Shown piece after piece: positions 62,856 to 64,000 of a stretch of 64,000 nucleotides of DNA. Source of the DNA: Alphaproteobacteria bacterium (lineage in GTDB: Bacteria; Pseudomonadota; Alphaproteobacteria; Micropepsales; Micropepsaceae); assembly GCA_031413635.1 (NCBI GenBank), contig JANOFM010000298.1:1107-65106 (forward strand), written 5' to 3'. The notes beneath the pieces are model-generated. The model was given only the letters and a program-made list of their open reading frames with translations. It did not search any database and was not told the DNA's origin. Each line of letters starts with the position of its first letter. Positions within the stretch are counted from its first letter, which is position 1. The position numbers and the translations under genes were made by a program.

Positions 62856-64000
62856 ATGCGCATATTTCTTTCAGCCTATGCCTGCGAGCCTCACAGGGGG
62901 TCTGAGCCTGGCGTCGGTTGGAACTGGGCGATAGAACTTCAACGCCAAGGCAACGCCGTTGTTGTTCTGACCCGAACCAGCCTTCGCCCGAAGATCGAGC
63001 AATACTACCGGGCCGATCCCGCAGCGCCGCAACCTCAATTCGTCTACTACGAACTCCCAAGGCCCTTGTTGTATCTGTTCCGTGCCGGCATGTTGCCAGA
63101 GCAGATTTACTACGTCATCTGGCAAATGTTCTGCGTTCGGACCGCGCGCAAGGCGGCAGTCGATCACGACAGTGAGTTGGTCTGGCACTTGACGCTCGGC
63201 ACCATACGATTGCCCTGCTTTTTGTGGCGCTTGAAGAAGCCGTTTGTCTATGGACCGGCAGGCGGTGGCGAGCGCGCGCCATATGCCATGCGGACGGATT
63301 ACACGCTGTTTGCCCATGCAAAAGACAACCTTCGCGATGTTCTGAATTGGCTCTCCCGCTTTGATCCGATGATGAGGACTGTGTTCGCCAAGGCCGATCT
63401 CATTCTCGCAAGAACGCCGGAAAGCGCGCAGTTGGTATCGCGTCGTTGGAAGCACAAGGTGAGGATCGTCCATGAAGTCGGTGTGGTTCAGGTGGCCCCG
63501 CCTGCGGGCAATACGCGTACGTCGCTCCGCCGAGTTCTTTATGTCGGAGGGTTCAGGTACTGGAAGGGCATCACGCTGGCGATGCGCGCGTTCGCCGAGT
63601 TCGTACATTCGGGCGGAGTTGCGCGATTCACGCTGGTAGGCAACGGACCGGACGAAGCGCGAACCCGCCGCCTGGCCGAAGAGCAGAAGGTCGACCACTT
63701 GATCGATTGGGTGCCGTGGGTCGAGCAACGCGAGCTCGGTCGGATTTACGCCGAACACGATGTCTTTCTATTCCCCAGCCTTCACGACTCCGGAGGCACG
63801 GTGGTCGTCGAAGCGATGTCGCAAGGCTTGCCTGTCGTTTGCCTCGACCTTGGTGGTCCCGGTCAGATCGTCAGCAAAGAGGCAGGCGTTGTTCAATCGA
63901 CGGCCGGCCTTGGAGCGCACCAAGTCGCGCAGCAGCTTGGCACAGTGCTGAAGCGGTTGTTCGATGATCCGGCTGAGCTTGAGCGTCTGTCCGCTGGGGC
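62856..64000 (+). CDS. Glycosyltransferase family 4, 3' end beyond the window (not in ORF track)
   Basis: I translated it by hand from the ATG at 62856: MRIFLSAYACEPHRGSEPGVGWNWAIEL...FPSLHDSGGTVVVEAMSQGLPVVCLDLGGPG. The frame is open to base 64000. Confidence 0.8.
   Translation, partial: MRIFLSAYACEPHRGSEPGVGWNWAIELQRQGNAVVVLTRTSLRPKIEQYYRADPAAPQPQFVYYELPRPLLYLFRAGMLPEQIYYVIWQMFCVRTARKAAVDHDSELVWHLTLGTIRLPCFLWRLKKPFVYGPAGGGERAPYAMRTDYTLFAHAKDNLRDVLNWLSRFDPMMRTVFAKADLILARTPESAQLVSRRWKHKVRIVHEVGVVQVAPPAGNTRTSLRRVLYVGGFRYWKGITLAMRAFAEFVHSGGVARFTLVGNGPDEARTRRLAEEQKVDHLIDWVPWVEQRELGRIYAEHDVFLFPSLHDSGGTVVVEAMSQGLPVVCLDLGGPGQIVSKEAGVVQSTAGLGAHQVAQQLGTVLKRLFDDPAELERLSAG

Overview
The window is a high-G+C, densely coded chromosomal segment. 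Its synteny looks alphaproteobacterial, Hyphomicrobiales/Rhizobiales-like: ALA synthase hemA, MucR/Ros, and the run bamE / ubiquinol-cytochrome-c chaperone / DUF177 / plsX-fabH-ihfA-MerR-tRNA-Pro. This taxonomic guess is inference only.

Gene content from left to right:
- 1-2.0 kb: the tail of a respiratory nitrate reductase operon (narJ partial, narI, PpiC-type PPIase).
- 2.0-6.2 kb: a minus-strand group of acyl-CoA dehydrogenase, [2Fe-2S] ferredoxin, diiron oxygenase-like protein and a triple-PAS protein.
- 6.3-14.1 kb: the complete cbb3 oxidase and maturation locus ccoNOQP-ccoGHIS. The ccoQ and ccoS genes are under 60 aa and are missing from the ORF track.
- 14-31 kb: assorted housekeeping genes, including dusA, phosphomannomutase, phnN, cobA, bpt, motB and a penicillin-acylase-family protein.
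- 31-39 kb: hemB, a valine-catabolism block (acyl-CoA dehydrogenase, hydroxyisobutyryl-CoA hydrolase, mmsB) and hemA.
- 39-45 kb: mucR, then nrdR-ribD-ribE-ribBA-ribH-nusB-thiL.
- 46-54 kb: hppA, bamE, DUF177/yceD, rpmF (59 aa, missing from the track), plsX, fabH, ihfA, MerR and tRNA-Pro(GGG).
- 54.5-64 kb: a Wzx/Wzy-type polysaccharide locus that looks lower in G+C by eye. Its last glycosyltransferase runs off the window and is also missing from the track.

I found no CRISPR array, reverse transcriptase, integrase or transposase, toxin-antitoxin-like pair or recognisable defence system. Most long antisense ORFs in the track are high-G+C artefacts.

The best candidate for something undescribed is the diiron oxygenase / ferredoxin / acyl-CoA dehydrogenase module, which carries a perfect FNR/FixK box and sits back-to-back with ccoN.

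Secondary candidates:
- A helically phased 11-bp direct-repeat array beside an orphan DUF3631-like gene.
- A MucR/Ros homologue that lacks both zinc-ligand histidines.
- A long structured leader upstream of an MFS transporter.
- A Cys-rich lipoprotein gene between yceD and rpmF.
- The mosaic polysaccharide locus at tRNA-Pro.

All functional calls rest on my recognition of motifs and synteny. No database searches were run.
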